Assembly (NCBI GenBank): GCA_015060395.1
Contig: SUYP01000014.1
Location: forward strand, 2,966-66,965
Direction of reading: 5' to 3'
Source: Bacteroidales bacterium
GTDB taxonomy: Bacteria; Bacteroidota; Bacteroidia; Bacteroidales; UBA932
Length of the DNA stretch: 64,000 nt
Position 1 is the stretch's first letter, and every line of letters starts with the position of its first letter. The notes beneath the pieces are model-generated. The model saw only the letters and a program-made list of their open reading frames with translations. It was not told the DNA's origin and did not search any database. This document shows positions 60,959 through 64,000 of the stretch, in pieces. A program made the translations under genes and the position numbers.

Positions 60959-61390
60959 ATGAAAGTACAGATTGTAAACAAGTCGGCATATCCTACTCCG
61001 GCGTATGCTACAGAGAAATCAGCCGGTATGGACCTTAAGGCGAATATTGATGAGCCTGTTACCCTGGATCCGCTTGAAAGAGCGATGATTCCTACAGGGC
61101 TATATATAGCCCTTCCTGACGGGACAGAGGCCCAGGTGCGGCCCCGCAGCGGTCTTGCAGCAAAGTTCGGCATATCGGTCCTGAATTCTCCGGGAACCAT
61201 CGATGCCGATTACCGTGGTGAGATCAAAGTCATTCTGGTGAATCTTTCCAATCAGCCTTTTGTAATCAATCCAGGTGAGAGAATCGCCCAGATGGTCGTA
61301 GCAAGGTATGAAAAGGTGGAATGGGCTGAGGTCGAGGTACTTGATGAGACAGAGAGAGGAGAAGGCGGATTCGGAAGCACAGGCAGATAG
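60959..61390 (+). CDS. dut: dUTP diphosphatase
   Basis: [25 protein letters not shown] and [10 protein letters not shown] motifs. Confidence 0.97.
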   Translation: MKVQIVNKSAYPTPAYATEKSAGMDLKANIDEPVTLDPLERAMIPTGLYIALPDGTEAQVRPRSGLAAKFGISVLNSPGTIDADYRGEIKVILVNLSNQPFVINPGERIAQMVVARYEKVEWAEVEVLDETERGEGGFGSTGR

Positions 61391-61391
61391 T

Positions 61392-62741
61392 ATGGAGATT
61401 ATAGGCATATATAATAAATTCAGACAATGTGGTGCTGTATCGACTGATACGCGTGCATTGAAGGGCGGGGAGATGTTCTTTGCCCTTAAAGGTGAGAACT
61501 TCGATGGAAATGAATATGCCCTGAAGGCATTGGAGGCTGGTGCTGCATACGCAGTCGTGAACAAGGACTCGGCTGTGGCGGCTTCAGAGGATCCGCGTCT
61601 GATCAAGGTGGACGATACCTTGAAGACATTGCAGGATCTCGCAAGATGGCACCGCTCTATGACGATAGTCAACGGCAAGCCTCTGACAGTAATCGCTTTG
61701 ACCGGAACGAACGGCAAGACCACCACGAAGGAACTTATCCGTGAAGTCCTGTCCGTGAAGTATCGTGTCACGGCTACCGAGGGCAATCTTAACAACAGCA
61801 TCGGCGTGCCTCTTACCCTTCTAAAGATCAATTCTGAGACGGAACTGGCTGTCATAGAGATGGGAGCAAGCCATCCCGGTGACATCAAGGAACTTGTAGA
61901 TATTGCTCTTCCGAATTACGGACTTGTCACAAATGTGGGTAAGGCTCATCTCCTAGGTTTCGGCTCTTTTGAAGGAGTCAAGAATACCAAAGGCGAGCTG
62001 TATGACTACCTTCGCAGGACATCTGACAAGGTATTCATAAATGTTGACAATCCGCATCTGTGCCAGATGGCATCGGAACGCAACCTCCAGAGCGATCCCG
62101 AGCGTCCGTACTCTCTTCTGATTCCGTACGGCCTTGACTATCAGGGTGCTGAGGTCCTTCCATCTTCCCCGGAACATCCTTTCCTCAGGATATCATTCCC
62201 TTCTGAGGGCAAGGTCGTTGAAACAAATCTCGTCGGTTCGTATAATGCGGACAATGTTATGGCGGCTGTTGCTGTAGGCCAGCAGTTCGGAGTTACATTC
62301 GATGAAGCCGCTGCTGCCATATCTGCGTATATGCCTTCGAACAACCGTTCCCAGATGGTGAGGACCGGTCGCAATACCCTGATTGTAGATGCTTATAATG
62401 CCAATCCTACCAGTATGGAAGCGGCCTTGAAGAATTTCGCTTCGCTTCAGGCCGAATCAAAGGCGGCTCTTCTGGGAGATATGCTTGAACTCGGTGAAGA
62501 TTCTCTGGCAGAGCATATCCGCATAGCTTCAATGGCTCTTGAGTCGGGAATCGGAACTGTCTGCTTCGTCGGAGGAGAGTTCAGACAGGCATTGGAACAG
62601 CTCCATAATCCATCAGCCCTTTCATTCCTGACTTCTGCTGAACTTGCCGAGTGGCTTTCAGCCAATCCTATATCGGAATCCTCTGTACTGATCAAGGGAT
62701 CCAGAGGAACGAGAATGGAGAAGGTTATTGAAAAACTTTAA
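61392..62741 (+). CDS. murF: UDP-MurNAc-tripeptide--D-Ala-D-Ala ligase
   Basis: TGTNGKTTTKE, NLNNSIGVP, EMGA, DAYNANP, LGDMLELG and KGSRG motifs. Confidence 0.95.
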   Translation: MEIIGIYNKFRQCGAVSTDTRALKGGEMFFALKGENFDGNEYALKALEAGAAYAVVNKDSAVAASEDPRLIKVDDTLKTLQDLARWHRSMTIVNGKPLTVIALTGTNGKTTTKELIREVLSVKYRVTATEGNLNNSIGVPLTLLKINSETELAVIEMGASHPGDIKELVDIALPNYGLVTNVGKAHLLGFGSFEGVKNTKGELYDYLRRTSDKVFINVDNPHLCQMASERNLQSDPERPYSLLIPYGLDYQGAEVLPSSPEHPFLRISFPSEGKVVETNLVGSYNADNVMAAVAVGQQFGVTFDEAAAAISAYMPSNNRSQMVRTGRNTLIVDAYNANPTSMEAALKNFASLQAESKAALLGDMLELGEDSLAEHIRIASMALESGIGTVCFVGGEFRQALEQLHNPSALSFLTSAELAEWLSANPISESSVLIKGSRGTRMEKVIEKL

Positions 62742-62751
62742 ATCATTGTAT

Positions 62752-64000
62752 ATGAGGAGGATTCTTATGGCCTCAGTCGCTGCTCTTGTTTTCGGTGTTG
62801 CAGCGGAGGCGCAGAAATATGAGTCACAGCGTCCGGATCCGAAGGACAGGCTCTTCGTGTCTGAAGCAGTCGAGGCCAGGATAAATGAGGTGACGGCTCT
62901 GCTTGAAAATGAGAGGCTTGCCTGGATGTTTGCCAATTGTTTTCCCAATACTCTGGATACCACCGTACATCCGGCAGGGGAGTATGATACTTTCGTATAT
63001 ACGGGCGATATCCACGCTATGTGGCTCAGGGACTCCGGTGCCCAGGTCTGGCCTTATCTTCCGTTTATGAACGAGGATGAGGAGCTGCGCAAGATGATAG
63101 CCGGCCTGATAATCCGTCAGTTCAAGTGTATCTGCCTTGATCCATACGCCAATGCATTCTACAAGGAGCCTGACAAGGAAGGATACTGGAAGTCGGACTA
63201 TACGGATATGAAGCCCGGTATCCACGAAAGGAAATGGGAGATCGATTCGCATTGCTATCCTATCAGGCTTGCGTACGAATATTGGAAGATTACCGGAGAT
63301 TCTTCTGTCTTTTCGGAAGTATGGCTCCAGGCCATAGAACTGACTCTCCAGACTTTCAGGGAGCAGCAGAGGAAGAACGGAACAGGACCTTATACATTTA
63401 TGCGCCAGACCCACGCGGCGTACGATACTCTTCCGAACTATGGAAAGGGTACTCCGGTCAATCCTGTGGGACTTATAGTGTCTTCATTCAGACCATCCGA
63501 TGATGCCACGACCTTCCAGTTCCTCATACCTTCGAATTTCTTTGCCGTCACTTCCCTCAGGAAGGCTGCAGAGATTCTTGAGACTGTAAACGGCCGTAAA
63601 GATCTCGCAGCGCAGTGCATTGAACTTGCATCAGAGGTCGAAGAGGCCTTGAAGAAACACGCAACATACGAACATCCTGAGTTCGGCACCATATATTCAT
63701 ACGAGGTAGATGGCTTCGGCAACCGCCTGCTGATGGATGATGCAAATGTTCCGAGTCTCCTTGCTATGCCATATCTCGGCGATGTGGATGTCGATGATCC
63801 GATATATCAGAACACCCGACGTTTTGTCTGGAGCACCAGCAATCCATATTTCTTCAGAGGCTCTGCCGGTGAGGGAATAGGCGGCCCGCACGTCGGCTAT
63901 GATATGGCCTGGCCTATGAGTATAATGATGAAGGCTTTCACCAGTCTGGATGATGCCGAAATCAAGTGGTGCATAGAACTTCTGATGAAGACAGATGCCG
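62752..64000 (+). CDS. GH125 exo-alpha-1,6-mannosidase, truncated by the window end and missing from the ORF track
   Basis: MRRILMASV signal; FPNTLDTT, TGDIHAMWLRDS, ERKWEIDS, FRPSDD and MDDANVPSLL motifs. Confidence 0.9.
   Translation, partial: MRRILMASVAALVFGVAAEAQKYESQRPDPKDRLFVSEAVEARINEVTALLENERLAWMFANCFPNTLDTTVHPAGEYDTFVYTGDIHAMWLRDSGAQVWPYLPFMNEDEELRKMIAGLIIRQFKCICLDPYANAFYKEPDKEGYWKSDYTDMKPGIHERKWEIDSHCYPIRLAYEYWKITGDSSVFSEVWLQAIELTLQTFREQQRKNGTGPYTFMRQTHAAYDTLPNYGKGTPVNPVGLIVSSFRPSDDATTFQFLIPSNFFAVTSLRKAAEILETVNGRKDLAAQCIELASEVEEALKKHATYEHPEFGTIYSYEVDGFGNRLLMDDANVPSLLAMPYLGDVDVDDPIYQNTRRFVWSTSNPYFFRGSAGEGIGGPHVGYDMAWPMSIMMKAFTSLDDAEIKWCIELLMKTDA

Noticed and set aside
58116-60960. 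Integrated mobile element around the regulator cassette
   Set aside because: No integrase, transposase or paired att sites visible
62752-64000. Apparent gene-free or pseudogene zone in the ORF track
   Set aside because: It is a GH125 frame that runs off the window end

Overview
This 64 kb window looks like a gut- or rumen-type Bacteroidales chromosome, judged from SusC/SusD, lipoprotein signals and TAnnTTTG promoters. From left to right it holds: (1) the distal half of a probable fucosylated-xyloglucan utilisation locus (BACON-GH5, two GH31, GH43, GH2, GH95) fused to xylR-xylB-xylA-xylE; (2) two unknown exported proteins; (3) an alpha-glucan PUL on the minus strand (SusR-like regulator, SusC, SusD, 4x CBM26-like lipoprotein, two GH13, GH31); (4) nagB and a NagB/PIG-L fusion; (5) a kduD-orphan PTS EIIC-kduI-kdgK-kdgA operon; (6) housekeeping and envelope genes and a GH3; (7) a small secreted protein plus TPR-TM-HTH regulator cassette; (8) dut, murF and a window-truncated GH125. 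I saw no rRNA, tRNA, CRISPR array, integrase or transposase. The best leads are: a three-copy hairpin family with conserved loops and unrelated stems around the regulator cassette, with a promoter and terminator defining a candidate antisense sRNA; a signal-peptide KduI next to an orphan Gat-family EIIC; apparent absence of CATG; a degenerate M28 peptidase; a duplicated dut leader; and a MITE/REP-like element. All calls are by eye; no searches were run.
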